Of a DNA stretch of 21,053 bases, positions 1 through 10,952 are shown one piece after another. The position numbers and the translations under genes are program-made. Source of the stretch: Zygophlyctis sp. KS116 (Eukaryota; Fungi; Chytridiomycota); NCBI GenBank assembly GCA_054661495.1, contig BAAFSQ010000173.1:1-21053 (forward strand), given 5' to 3'. Under the pieces are notes generated by a model. That model saw only the letters and a list, made by a program, of their open reading frames with translations. It searched no databases and had not been told where the DNA came from. Each line of letters begins with the position of its first letter. Positions within the stretch are counted from its first letter, which is position 1.

Positions 1-47
1 TCTGTGACTAAATGGATGTCAAGACTAAGAATCTATTATTAACTAGT

Positions 48-275
48 CTATTTTAAAACAGAATATTTATAGGAAGTATTATTAATAGATTCTTTCACTG
101 AAAATAACATCAGCCTTTTAACTAACCTTGAGTTTAACATATCACCCTCTTTATTGATTTTAGCAGTCTTCTTTGGAAATTTTACATAAGCAGATACTAT
201 GCGTCTCTTATCCATTATTTTAATCTTTTTCCACTCTTCATCGAGTTCTTTAGTCTTTTCCTTGTAGATCGACAC
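48..275 (-). CDS. Possible exon of an unidentified gene, perhaps continuing past the left edge
   Basis: K/E-rich 75-codon frame with no ATG start, preceded by an acceptor-like TTTAAG. A 27-nt GT..AG candidate at 59-33 would extend it to the window edge. No family recognised. A competing + strand open frame exists at 138-395. Confidence 0.25.
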   Translation of the reverse strand: MSIYKEKTKELDEEWKKIKIMDKRRIVSAYVKFPKKTAKINKEGDMLNSRLVKRLMLFSVKESINNTSYKYSVLK

Positions 276-605
276 TTAAAAATTGGTTGTGTTAAATTTA
301 CAACCGAGGATTTGGAGGATGCTTGGGTGAATTGGGTAATAGAAGATTACCAATCATTCACTGCAGTTAAATTATTTCAATACTTTAAAATCTAAAAAAT
401 TTGCAGTCGTACAAAATAAAAGAAGGAACAATAATAAACAAAAAACGTTGAGTGTAAGATAAAAATGGCATGATGCTTTTCATTTGAATCTAAAAAAGTA
501 TTGATGGTTACAGATCATCCAAGTACTCTGAGACTCATTTTCTTTCGCAAATTAATAACCTCAACCACTCTTGGCTCTAAAATTCCATAAATTCTTAAAG
601 ATTGA

Positions 606-1190
606 ATGCATTATTCATCCTTCCCCTGGCCTGCATGCTTTGTATTAAGAGACTACATTCTACAAAATACAAAGTACTTTTACTCTAAAAAAATTCTAGA
701 GATTGGTTGTGGAACTGGACTATTATCTTGCACTCTTTCAAATTTGGGCCTAGACATGACTGCAAGTGATTATACACAAGAAGCTTTGGACTTGTTAAAA
801 ATGGAATCTCAATCTCTAAATTTAAAAATTGAAAGAATTGATTGGAATTTAGAAGATGATTATGTCCGATTTACAGGGGAATTTGATATTATTTTAGGAT
901 CAGATGTATTCTACGATCCAAATGATTTCTTTGCTATTTTAAAACTCATAAAGAAATGTCTAAAACCAAACGGAACGTTTATAACAGCATATCATGAAAG
1001 GAATATGACATTTTCAATTACTTTTCTCTTGGAGAAACTATGTTTAAGAGCTCGGAAACTTTCAAACTCTGATAGCATTTTCTTGTATGAAATTTCTAAA
1101 AAAGGAAATTTTAAGAAATTTGGATTTCAAAGGCCTGGTTCTAAAAAGGCAAGAATTATCAAAGTCTCGAGAAAACCAGATTCTCAATAA
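606..1190 (+). CDS. Class I SAM-dependent protein methyltransferase (Methyltransf_16 / METTL23-like)
   Basis: Motifs WPACFVL, ILEIGCGTGL (motif I), MTASDY, IDW, FDIILGSDVFY (DxxY) and AYHER. The last 104 nt overlap the next ORF. Confidence 0.85.
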   Translation: MHYSSFPWPACFVLRDYILQNTKYFYSKKILEIGCGTGLLSCTLSNLGLDMTASDYTQEALDLLKMESQSLNLKIERIDWNLEDDYVRFTGEFDIILGSDVFYDPNDFFAILKLIKKCLKPNGTFITAYHERNMTFSITFLLEKLCLRARKLSNSDSIFLYEISKKGNFKKFGFQRPGSKKARIIKVSRKPDSQ

Positions 1191-1947
1191 TGAATTAAAG
1201 GCAATTTTAGCACAACAAGAATATAAAATTGAAAGAATTACTACAAAGTCTAGCACAAACTTACTGGAAAAAATAATAAAATATGAAAATGTACATGAAA
1301 TAAGGGACTTAAATGAATTATATTCTAGATTAAATCAAGGAAGAAGGATATATAGGATTTTTCATGAAAATTGGAAGGAAGAACCGCTAGTTTTTACAGA
1401 AATTGCTTTAATGAATAACATAGCAACAAGTATGAATCAAATATTTCAAAATCATTCACTTAAAGACCCAAAAGTTGTAGTTTTCTACTCTATCAATTCG
1501 ACGCAACCGGGGCTATCAGGTTTAGGATTAGGAGAAATGATGATTAAAGGCGTCTCAAAGGATTTAGCTACAGAATTCAAGAGTTTAAAAACTTTTTGTA
1601 CATTGTCTCCAATAGTTGGATTTGTAGATTGGTTGAAAGAAGATCAAAAAATTGGAAATTCTTTAAAATCGCCACTTGATAAAGAAACGCTACTTTCTAA
1701 ATGTAAGGAATATATTTTACATGCTAAAAAAGAAAAATATGCAATGGATCCAGTTACAAATTTTCATGTTAGAAATGGAGCAGAATTTTATCAAATTAAT
1801 TGGAATGCAGACACTTCAAAGAAAGGAATTGAAAAGTCTTTTGGACTAATGGCAAATTATATATATCCCATGGATAGGTTGGAAGAGAATACTAGGAATT
1901 ATATAGAATCGGGGATTGTTAATGAATTTCCACGGCAAAAAATATAG
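1087..1947 (+). CDS. MLYCD: Malonyl-CoA decarboxylase, catalytic domain with a short N-terminal helical region
   Basis: Motifs LLEKIIKYENVHEI, EEPLVFTEIAL, FYSINSTQPGLSGLGLG, TLSPIVGF, DPVTNFHVRNGA, INWNADTS and SFGLMANYIY. The catalytic Ser and His positions are present. The start codon is uncertain. Confidence 0.92.
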   Translation: MKFLKKEILRNLDFKGLVLKRQELSKSRENQILNNELKAILAQQEYKIERITTKSSTNLLEKIIKYENVHEIRDLNELYSRLNQGRRIYRIFHENWKEEPLVFTEIALMNNIATSMNQIFQNHSLKDPKVVVFYSINSTQPGLSGLGLGEMMIKGVSKDLATEFKSLKTFCTLSPIVGFVDWLKEDQKIGNSLKSPLDKETLLSKCKEYILHAKKEKYAMDPVTNFHVRNGAEFYQINWNADTSKKGIEKSFGLMANYIYPMDRLEENTRNYIESGIVNEFPRQKI

Positions 1948-2170
1948 AAAATGCTCTCAAGATTTTGTATGACGTGGCTGATTTGACTCTCTCTAAAATT
2001 CAGGAATTCAAGAAATCTGTAGAGTCTGATTATCTTTTGTGTTTTGGTAAACACTAAAATATATTTAATTTTATCATCTTTATAAAGTAATTAACGAAAT
2101 CTTTATAGAGTCGGAATGCGTTTGGCCAGAACAATGGTAGAGGATCAGGTTGACAAACAAAAATTTGAAA

Positions 2171-5100
2171 ATGTCAAAATTAGACTTTGCAGAACTTGAT
2201 CCAGAATTGTATGGACTGCGAAGATCAGGAAGGTCCGCAATAGCAACTTACAAGGTACCTGACAATAGCTTAGTCGTAGAATGTCTCGGAATCAGATGGC
2301 TCGTCAGAATCTGATTCTGAGAATAATTTCTCGGACAGATCAGAGTCTGAAAGATCAAGTCTTGGAGAGAGAAAAGAATTCAAAAAAATTAAAGTTAAGC
2401 ATTCCACACAACAATCAAAGAAAAAAGACGAGTCGGAATCAGAGTCGGAAGGAATGGGAGATGCTATATCTTATTATTCAAAAGAAGTCGATGACTTGCT
2501 GGGAGATATGAGTGACTCAGACGCTATGAAAACTAAAAAGTCAAGGGCAAAGAGCTTAGCCGAAGACGCCGATGAAGAAGAAGATCAAATGGTGGTAGAT
2601 TTAGTTGTAGATCATAGATGTACTGTCAATAATGGAGTTAATTAAATAGATGCGATAGATCCAGAGACCAATGAACCAGGAGAAATGGAATTATTGATCA
2701 AATGGAAGAATTTATCACATAGACATTCAACTTGGGAACCTCTTTCAGGATTAAAAGGTCTCAAAGGACATAGAAAAGTTGAAAACTTTTATAAGAAAGT
2801 GTTGCAAGATCAAGCATATAGAGAACATCCCTCAACGTCTCCAGATGAAATTGAGCAATTGGAAATCGAATTAGATTTGCACAGAGAACTTTTACAAGAT
2901 TATAGGAAATGTGATCGAGTCATTGCTTCAAGAATTGTAGAGCCAAATGAGAAAAATGAAGATGGTGGCGTTGAATATCTGTGTAAGTGGTTGAGGTTGC
3001 CATATTCTGACGTAACTTGGGAGTCTGCGGACGAAATATCAGGTGAATTTCAGCAAGAAATTGATGATTTTTTGGATAGAAACCAATCTACAAATTTACC
3101 TTTTAAGTCTGATACTTTTTTGAAAAAGAGAAGTGAATATAAGCCATTTCAAAAACAACCCGAATATTTATCTGGTGGAGAATTACGAGACTTTCAAATT
3201 GTTGGTGTGAATTGGATGGCACACTTGTGGCATAATGATTTAAATGGAATTTTAGCAGATGAAATGGTAATTATTTCATTATTGATTGGTAGGGATTGGG
3301 TAAAACCGTTCAAACTATATCATTTTTATCTTATCTCTTTCATAGTCAACATGTCTATGGTCCTTTTCTTGTGGTAGTTCCTTTATCTACAATAGGAGCT
3401 TGGGAGAGAGAGTTTAAAAAATGGGCTCCTGATATGAATGTGATTTGTTATCATGGATCATCAGACTCCAGAGAAGTGATTCGTGAATTCGAATTTTATG
3501 ATTCAAAAGGAAGGTTGAAATTCAATGTTATATTGACTACTTATGAATTGGTTCTCAAAGACAAGGATAGCCTCGGGGACATTAAGTGGGCATTTTTGGC
3601 TGTTGATGAGGCTCATCGCTTGAAAAATCAAGAGTCGCAGCTCCATGAAGCTCTAAAAGACTTTTTTACAGCCAACAGACTTCTAATCACAGGTACCCCT
3701 CTGCAAAATACGGTTAAGGAATTATTATCTCTAATTCAGTTTCTTATGCCAGGAAAGTTTGCTGAATTTGAAAACTTTGAAATCGATGTTGCATCTGATG
3801 ATCAAGAGGAAAAGATTCGTGATCTGCAGAATAAGCTTAAGGATTTTATGCTTAGGCGTCTTAAAAAAGATGTTGTGAAAATTTTGCCTCAAAAAACAGA
3901 ACGTATTCTCCGTGTAGATCTCTCCCCCTTGCAGCTAGAATTTTACAAAGCTGTATTCACAAAGAATTTTTCTGTATTAAGAAATAATCTTGGCGGCGGA
4001 AAGCAAGTTTCTTTGCAAAATATTGCCATGGAGCTCAAAAAAGCATGTAATCATCCATATTTGTTTCCGAACGCTGAGTCAGAGGGACTATCACGTGAGG
4101 AGGCTATGAAGGGATTGATAATGAATTCTGGAAAGATGGCTCTACTGGACAAACTTCTTGCCCGCCTGCGCCAAGATGGCCATCGTGTTTTGATATTTTC
4201 ACAGATGGTGCGTATGCTCAACATTCTTTCCGATTATATGAATTATCGTGGTTATACTTTCCAAAGACTAGACGGTACTACTGGATCTGAGGCTCGTAAA
4301 AGATCAATGGAGCATTTCAATGCTCCCAATTCTACAGATTTTGTATTTTTATTGTCTACTAGAGCAGGTGGTCTAGGAATAAACTTAGAAACGGCTGATA
4401 CTGTCATTTTATTTGATTTGGATTGGAATCCTCAAAATGATCTTCAGGCGATAGCTAGAGCCCATAGAATCGGGCAGAAAAAACCAGTTAATGTCTACAG
4501 ATTTGTCTCAAAGGATTCAATTGAAGAAGAAATTCTTGAAAGAGCAAAACGAAAGATGGTTTTGGAATATTGCATTATTAAACAAATGGATACTTCAGGT
4601 CTCGGAGTACTCAAAGGCAGAAAGAGTATTAAGACAAATTCTTTTTCAACGGAAGAATTGCAAGCAATTTTAAAGTTTGGCGCCCAGCATCTATTTAAAA
4701 ATGAAACAAATGCTGAATCAGTACCTGTGAATGCAGATGGAGCCGCTGCTGCTCCCATTCCTCAGGTCAATACTCTTGAGCAGCTTAATCTTGATGACGT
4801 TCTTGCAAGGGCCGAGGTACATCAGGATGTTGAAGAAACTGGCGAAGCGCTGGGTTCGACAGAGTTTTTAGAGCAATTTAATGTTCAAGATGTTGCACTG
4901 GATCAGTTAGAGTGGGAAGACTTAATTCCAGAGCATCTACGTGACAAAAAAGAAGAACAAGAACGGCAAGCTGAACTTCTAGATATGTTGGCTGGGAGAC
5001 GGCGGACTACAATTATGTATAAGAATGAAGGTACTGTTGACGATGGAGATGGTAGGAAAAAGAGGAAGAAAAGCACTAAAAGCAAATCCAAAGCCAAGAA

Positions 5101-6259
5101 AGTGGATTCAACGCCCCCTGATGAATTCAAAGAAAAGGACATCCGAGCTCTTAGTCGTGCTTTACTAAAGTTTGGTGATATAGAACTTAGATATGATGAA
5201 ATCGCACAGGATTGTGATTTCATTGGTAGAAAAGACAAGGAAGCAGTTATTTCTATTGCTAAAGAGTATATAAACACAGCCAGAGAAGAGCTTCAAGCCG
5301 ACGAAAAAGATCAGACATCATCAAAAGCTGCAAAGAATCGAGCTGTCATGTTTACATTCAGTGGAGTCCCGTTAAATAATGCTGTTATTATTAATCAAAG
5401 AGTTTCAGATCTCAGCTTTTTGGCAGCTCGTTTGCAAGGTCAAAGTTTACTCAATTTTCGCATACCATGGGATGTCCGTCCGGTCACAAATTGGAAGCCT
5501 TCTTGGAACTCTAGAGATGATGCGATGCTTCTAGTTGGTATTTATAAGCATGGATTTGGATCCTGGGAAGCAATTCAGCTTGATGAAAAGCTACCATTCA
5601 AAAACAAATTTTTTCTAAATTCCGCCGATAATGATAAAGACTTGCCAAAAGCATCCCACATAGCTAGAAGAGGAGAATACTTGATTAAAGCTTTAAGAGA
5701 AAAAGAAGAGAATAGATCCTCAAATACCACTAAAAAACAAGGTTCAAAAACATCTCCATCCAACAAAGCCTCTAGTGTTGAAAAAACATCCAGAACAAAG
5801 TCAAGAGTAAAAGAAACAGCATCAAATTCAAAACGTACCATATCTGACTCTGATCAAAAAAAGAAAAAAATCAAAGAAAGTCGACCAACAACTGATGAAG
5901 AGTGGTGCAGAAAATCAATGAAACCATTAAGGCCTTTTCTTAAAGATTTGGAACCAGAAATGGAAAATAAGGAAGGAAAAGTCAAGGTCACATTTATCAA
6001 GGATAGTCTTTTAAGAATTGGATCTTTTATTGCATCAATCACCAGCCCCACAGAAGAAGGCAAAGTTAATGAAGCATGGGAGTATGTATCAGTGTTTTGG
6101 CCAGGAAATGCTCCAGGAAGCTCTTTACGTCAAATGTTTCAGAAGCTTTCAGTGGCCGAGCCTCGGTCTGCTGATCCAGAGATTAAGGGTCTAGACTCAA
6201 AGGCTCCACTTGATAAGCGGCGATTAGACTTTGTTAGAAAATCTCAAAACGGCAAATAA
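2171..6259 (+). CDS. CHD1: Chromodomain helicase DNA-binding protein Chd1, 4 exons, about 1335 aa
   Basis: N-terminal [12 protein letters not shown], tandem chromodomains ([14 protein letters not shown]; [16 protein letters not shown]), GILADEM|[25 protein letters not shown] and SANT/SLIDE ([17 protein letters not shown]). Introns 2255-2279 (25 nt), 2620-2649 (30 nt), 3267-3292 (26 nt). Confidence 0.96.
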
Positions 6260-6301
6260 ATCTATTGGAAAATAAATAATTTTTTGCCTTGATATTCCTA
6301 A

Positions 6302-6967
6302 ATGCAAGAAACAGATGATATTCTTGATATGTTGGATTCATTCATTCTAGTAACTAACAGCATGGCTATTGATCAAAATAATGGAAAAGGTCAATACGCA
6401 AAGTCAGGAAATATAGATAAGCTCTTATCAGCGCGTCCAATGCAATTCATTGACGCTTCGACTCAAACTAATGGAGGATTCTATTGTACAGCACCAATCA
6501 TTAATGATTCTCAGTTATTAGGAAAGGAAATTATTCTTGAGGATGAATGCATGGATCATGATATTGTTCTTGTATCAAATCGCAGATTAAATGACGCTGA
6601 AAACCTTTTAATTGATGCTTGGACTCATACAAATACTCAAGGATTTTTTTACTCATGGCCAAAAATCACAGATGATGAATTATCAGATGATGACACCTTG
6701 TTTGATGAGGAGTGTGGGTCTAAAATAAGTGAATCTGATCAATACTCAATTTTCAGGGACAATTTAAATCAATTGATTCAAAAAATGCGTGCTATGATGA
6801 TTCCAATCTTACACAGAGGACGACTGTATGATGCAGTACAGTTCTGGAAAATGAGAATTATAGTGGGTATTCATTATGGATCCATATATTTTAAAAGAAT
6901 GGGATGCATTGTATTATTTTCTGGTAAATTTGTCATTGATTATTTGACGAATTGGTTGATAAACTAG
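6302..6967 (+). CDS. Hypothetical acidic protein, 221 aa, with an internal repeat
   Basis: Uninterrupted ATG-initiated ORF that fills the gap between CHD1 and ERCC6. No family recognised. Confidence 0.7.
   Translation: MQETDDILDMLDSFILVTNSMAIDQNNGKGQYAKSGNIDKLLSARPMQFIDASTQTNGGFYCTAPIINDSQLLGKEIILEDECMDHDIVLVSNRRLNDAENLLIDAWTHTNTQGFFYSWPKITDDELSDDDTLFDEECGSKISESDQYSIFRDNLNQLIQKMRAMMIPILHRGRLYDAVQFWKMRIIVGIHYGSIYFKRMGCIVLFSGKFVIDYLTNWLIN
6449..6634 (+). repeat. Degenerate intragenic direct repeat, 162-nt period
   Basis: attgacgcttcgactcaaactaat (6449) vs attgatgcttggactcatacaaat (6611), 20/24 identical and in frame. Confidence 0.65.
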
Positions 6968-6973
6968 TGTTAG

Positions 6974-9804
6974 CTATATAAATTCTTCTTTGAGAATCCA
7001 AATACCATCTGGATGGTCTTCCTGTTTAGAAAATGTTGAAATTTCCTTTAAAAGTTGGCGGAAAACTGGGATTCCCATTGATGTTGCTTGATCATTGAAT
7101 TTCTTGATCAATTCTGAGCTTGGTGAGCTATGATTTGGTTGCTCTAATAAATATGATTGGATTTCGGCGATTAATTCTACTGATTTTTCATAGTTTGTGT
7201 TTGAATTGGTTAAATTACGTATTATACTGGATTTCTGTGGGGCAGGCAAAGTTTGTTGAACTTTTCCAAACGTTGGTCTTGCCTTCTTAGTCATGGATGG
7301 AGCACCGACAGTACCATTTTTTCCTGTCCAGGTAGGGGCAAATTCTTCACGACCTGTCCCACGCACCCTTTTTCTGCTCCGACGGAGAGCCAATGCGGCT
7401 TCTTTTGCCACCTTACTAGCTTCCTTTTCCACATAAATATCTTGAACTGATGAAGATGACACAATCGCATCATGCTTTAAAGCAGAATGCACACCAGTCG
7501 AGCTAAATAATGCATCTAATATTCTTGAATCTTCATCTGCGTTTTCTCCCACATCTTCTGTCGGCGCCTTAAATTCTTCAATCTATAATTAACATAATGA
7601 AGAAATACTTTAGAAACTCCTTCAACCGTAGTCAAATCATCTTTGGATTTGGATCTCACATTCACATCTTCCCCAAATAATGCTGAAGTTTCCGTTTCAT
7701 GTTCATCTTGATTTCCCAACGTAAATAGATCATGGAGGTCGTTACTCTTAAAGAATCGACGCTGTTTAGGATCTTGTAGAATCTTTTGAGATAAAAACTC
7801 TTTAAATATTTGTCTTTGATATATCTTTTCCTCGATTGTGCCAGAGACCATTAGGCGATATATTGTAACGTCTCTTTTCTGGCCCAACCTCCAAGCTCTT
7901 TCTCTTGCTTGTGAATCAGATGCAGGATTCCAATCTGGATCATATAAGATAATTCTATTAGCGCCAGTAAGATTAATTCCAAGTCCTCCTACTTTTGTGG
8001 TTAACAAAAATATAAATATATCCGGCGATTCGTTAAATTTATCAACCAATTCACTGCGGTCCTTGATAGGAGTAGTCCCATCCATCCGAAGATATCTATA
8101 TCCATTATTCCTAATCATTTCTTCAATAATATCCTGCATTTGACGAGTTTGACAAAACAAAAGCACTTTATGACCTTCGCCTTTCCAAATAGGTAGAAGC
8201 GCCTGCACCACTTTCATTTTACCAGAGCGCTCTGGATCACCATAGTTTTTGACTTTAATTGAGCTGTCTCTTAAAGATAAAAGATCTGGATGGTTGCAAA
8301 TCTTTCGAAGTATATCAATTCCTTTCAATTTAGCCAACATTAACTTACCAGAAAGGGCATGCTGCTGCCCGTGTAATATATTACCAACTTCTCCTGATGC
8401 CAAATATCTCTTATAAGCTTTTTTCTGAAAATCTGTTAATCTACAAAACAAAACTTGTTCCGTCTTTTTCGGGAGAGAAGCTGCAACATCTCTTTTAAGT
8501 CTTTGGATCAAGTATGGCGAAATTAAATCTTTTAATACTGCTGCACACTTATGAGCCGTTCTTACCTGTACAACAGAAGCATTTGCATATCCTCCATGAG
8601 AAATAGGTATTGCAAATTCAGCCTGAAATACTGGTAATGTTCCAAGCCTTCCTGGAAATACAAAGTCATATAATGACCACAATTCTATCAAATTATTTTG
8701 AATTGGTGTTCCAGAAAGTATAATTCTATGGCAAGTTCTCACCTGTTTTGCAGTGATTGTAATATCAGCATCCGGATTTCTAATTTTATGTCCTTCATCT
8801 AAAAAAGCATAAGCCCAATTTACTGGTAAAATATCAGCTCTATAGCTTCTTAATCCTTCATAAGTTGTAATTATAACATGACCATTTTTTACGATATAAT
8901 CAATCATTTTCTTAACTTTAGGAGAAGATTTATCATTAGATTTTCTTTTAGATTTTGAAGAATAGTCATCATCAGAAGAATAAACATCATATTTCTGACT
9001 AGAAGATGATTTAAACATTCCTGAGCCAGAATTATGCAATACAACAACTCTTAATGGCGGCCACCATTCATGAAATTCCTGAACCCATTGTTTCATAATT
9101 GTAGCAGGAGAAACAATCAATACTGGCCCCTCCAACTTTCTTGAATGCGAAAGAGCTGCTAAAAAGGCAATCACTTGAATAGTTTTTCCCAATCCCATTT
9201 CATCACCAATAATTCCACCAACTTCTTGATGATGCAATTCTAATAACCATTTAACACAAGTTTTCTGATATTTAAAGAGTCTATGATACACATCACCAGG
9301 AATATGAACCCCATGTCCCAAATTCCCAGATTTATGAATTGGATGCGACTTAAAAATCTCTTGATCTATATCAGAATCATTTCCACTACGTGTTTTAGCC
9401 CAATTCTCTAATCTAGATTTAAAACTTAATTCATCTCCATCATCTAAATATCTATCTGCCTGCCATGTATTCTGTTTTATATCTGTAAAAGAATCCTGTT
9501 CATCCAACATTTCCTCCTTTGAGTTAACATTTGAATTTGATTGTTCAGGCGGTAAGGTCAAGGTTTTCAAAAACCCCAAGTCTGCATTTAAATCTTGCAA
9601 TTCTTCCTTGAGTGCATTCTTCTTTGCCAGAGTTATATTTTCCTTTTTTAAATTCTCTAGTATTTTATCTTTTTTTGCATTTAATTTTGAAATTTGAGAA
9701 TTTTTGATTTCTAATTCTTTTTCTTTGAGTTTCTCATTAAATTCCAGAGTGATTTTCTCATGCAAACTAGACTCTGAAGTGACTTTAAGAACAAACTGTT
9801 CCAT
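6974..9804 (-). CDS. ERCC6: Transcription-coupled repair SNF2 ATPase ERCC6/CSB/Rad26, 3 exons, about 925 aa
   Basis: Motifs GGIIGDEMGLGKTIQ, QWVQEFHEWWPP, LDEGHKIRNPDA, GIDILRKICNHPD and QARERAWRLGQ, plus C-terminal FRQLLKEI..W.LKEEF. Introns 8348-8322 (27 nt) and 7608-7583 (26 nt). Confidence 0.96.
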
Positions 9805-9933
9805 TCTTTACAATTCCTGACAAGTCTAACCTAGGCTTTGACCTAAATCAAAAACAGTTTAAACTTGAAATTGTCAAACCTGGCCAGTGCCACCGACTCT
9901 AAACTTGCCCGTGACACTGAATTTAACCGTGAA

Positions 9934-10932
9934 ATGTCAGAAACGGACGCTCTCAATTACTTGAATGAGGCAGAAGCTAAATTAAAGTCAAAAGGATGGT
10001 TTGGTCTTGGAGGAGCTAAATATGATGAGGCGGCGGAATTGTATGGAAAGGCTGCAAACGCTTATAAACTCGTCAAAATGTGTAAAAGCGTTTATTGATT
10101 TTTAGGGAAAGACGCTGGTGATGCATTTCTATCTCAGGCGAAAACTCTAGAGAGAGGTGGAGAAAAGGATGAGGCTGCAACTGCCTATGTAAACGCATCA
10201 AAGGCATACAAGAAAACGCATCCAAAAGGTAAAAATAGATAATATAATAAAATTAGAAGCGGCAGACTCGTTATTACTATCAGTCAATTTATTAACTGAA
10301 AGAGGAAGGTTTTCAGCTGCAGCGAATAATCAAAAACAAATTGCAGAAATTTATGAAACGGATTTAGTAGACTATGAAAAGGCAATGTTGGCTTATGAAC
10401 AAGCAGCAGATTGGTATTCAGCAGAGGATTCTTCAGCGTATACTTTTTTAAAATTTCGTCTAATTATAGGCAGGCGAACAATTGTCTTTTAAAAGTCGCC
10501 GCTTACGCTGCTCAACTTGAAAATTATGAAAAGGCGATTGATAATTTTGAAAAGGTTGCATCTAAAGCAGCAGATAATCAACTCATGAGATTTTCTCTAA
10601 GAGAATACTTTTTAAAAGCTGGACTTTGTGTGATTTGTACAAAGGTATCATTTATTATTTTATGGAAAGGATTACGTTCGAGCTAAAAATGCAATGGAGA
10701 AATATTGTAGTATGGATATGACATTTTCTGGTACAAGGGAATATGAATTACTAAAGGTAAATTTTAAAATAGTGGATTGTAGGGAGTTTTAGAAGCTGTT
10801 GAATCAGAGGATGTTGATAATTTCACGTCAAAAGTTTCTGATTTTGATCGATTGACAAAATTGGATCAATGGAAGACAACGATTCTGTTGAGAATAAAGA
10901 AATCAATGGATGAAGAAATTGATTTTACTTGA
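9934..10932 (+). CDS. SEC17: Alpha-SNAP (Sec17), 6 exons, about 287 aa
   Basis: Motifs KYDEAAELYGKAANAYKL, GRFSAAANNQKQIAEIYE, ANNCLLKVA, EYFLKAGLC and KLDQWKTTILLRIK. Introns 10082-10105, 10229-10256, 10438-10469, 10645-10669, 10757-10782. Confidence 0.96.
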
Positions 10933-10952
10933 AAAAATATTATGGTTTATAT

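Noticed and set aside
138-395. Plus-strand open frame of about 86 codons
   Set aside because: No ATG, no recognisable family, and only atypical donors upstream. It cannot be chosen over the minus-strand ORF.
2620-2649. In-frame stops between same-frame ORFs (CHD1, GWT1, charged protein) suggesting stop-codon reassignment or readthrough
   Set aside because: Each stop lies inside a 30-33 nt GTA..AG intron; in GWT1 its removal restores the conserved HWNFFFTLG motif. TAA, TAG and TGA all end genes normally.
3267-3292. Frame changes in CHD1, ERCC6, SEC17 and BBS9 suggesting pseudogenes or programmed frameshifts
   Set aside because: All are resolved by short introns, e.g. ADEM|GLGKT.
4491-6063. 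Short antisense and alternate-frame ORFs in CHD1 (also in ERCC6, 14126-15450 and 19197-19505)
   Set aside because: Shadow ORFs of K/E/S-rich coding sequence, with F/L/S-rich translations and no motifs.
2171-9804. Two SNF2-family ATPases nearly adjacent
   Set aside because: They belong to different ancient subfamilies and are not a tandem duplication. Without synteny data, chance adjacency is sufficient.
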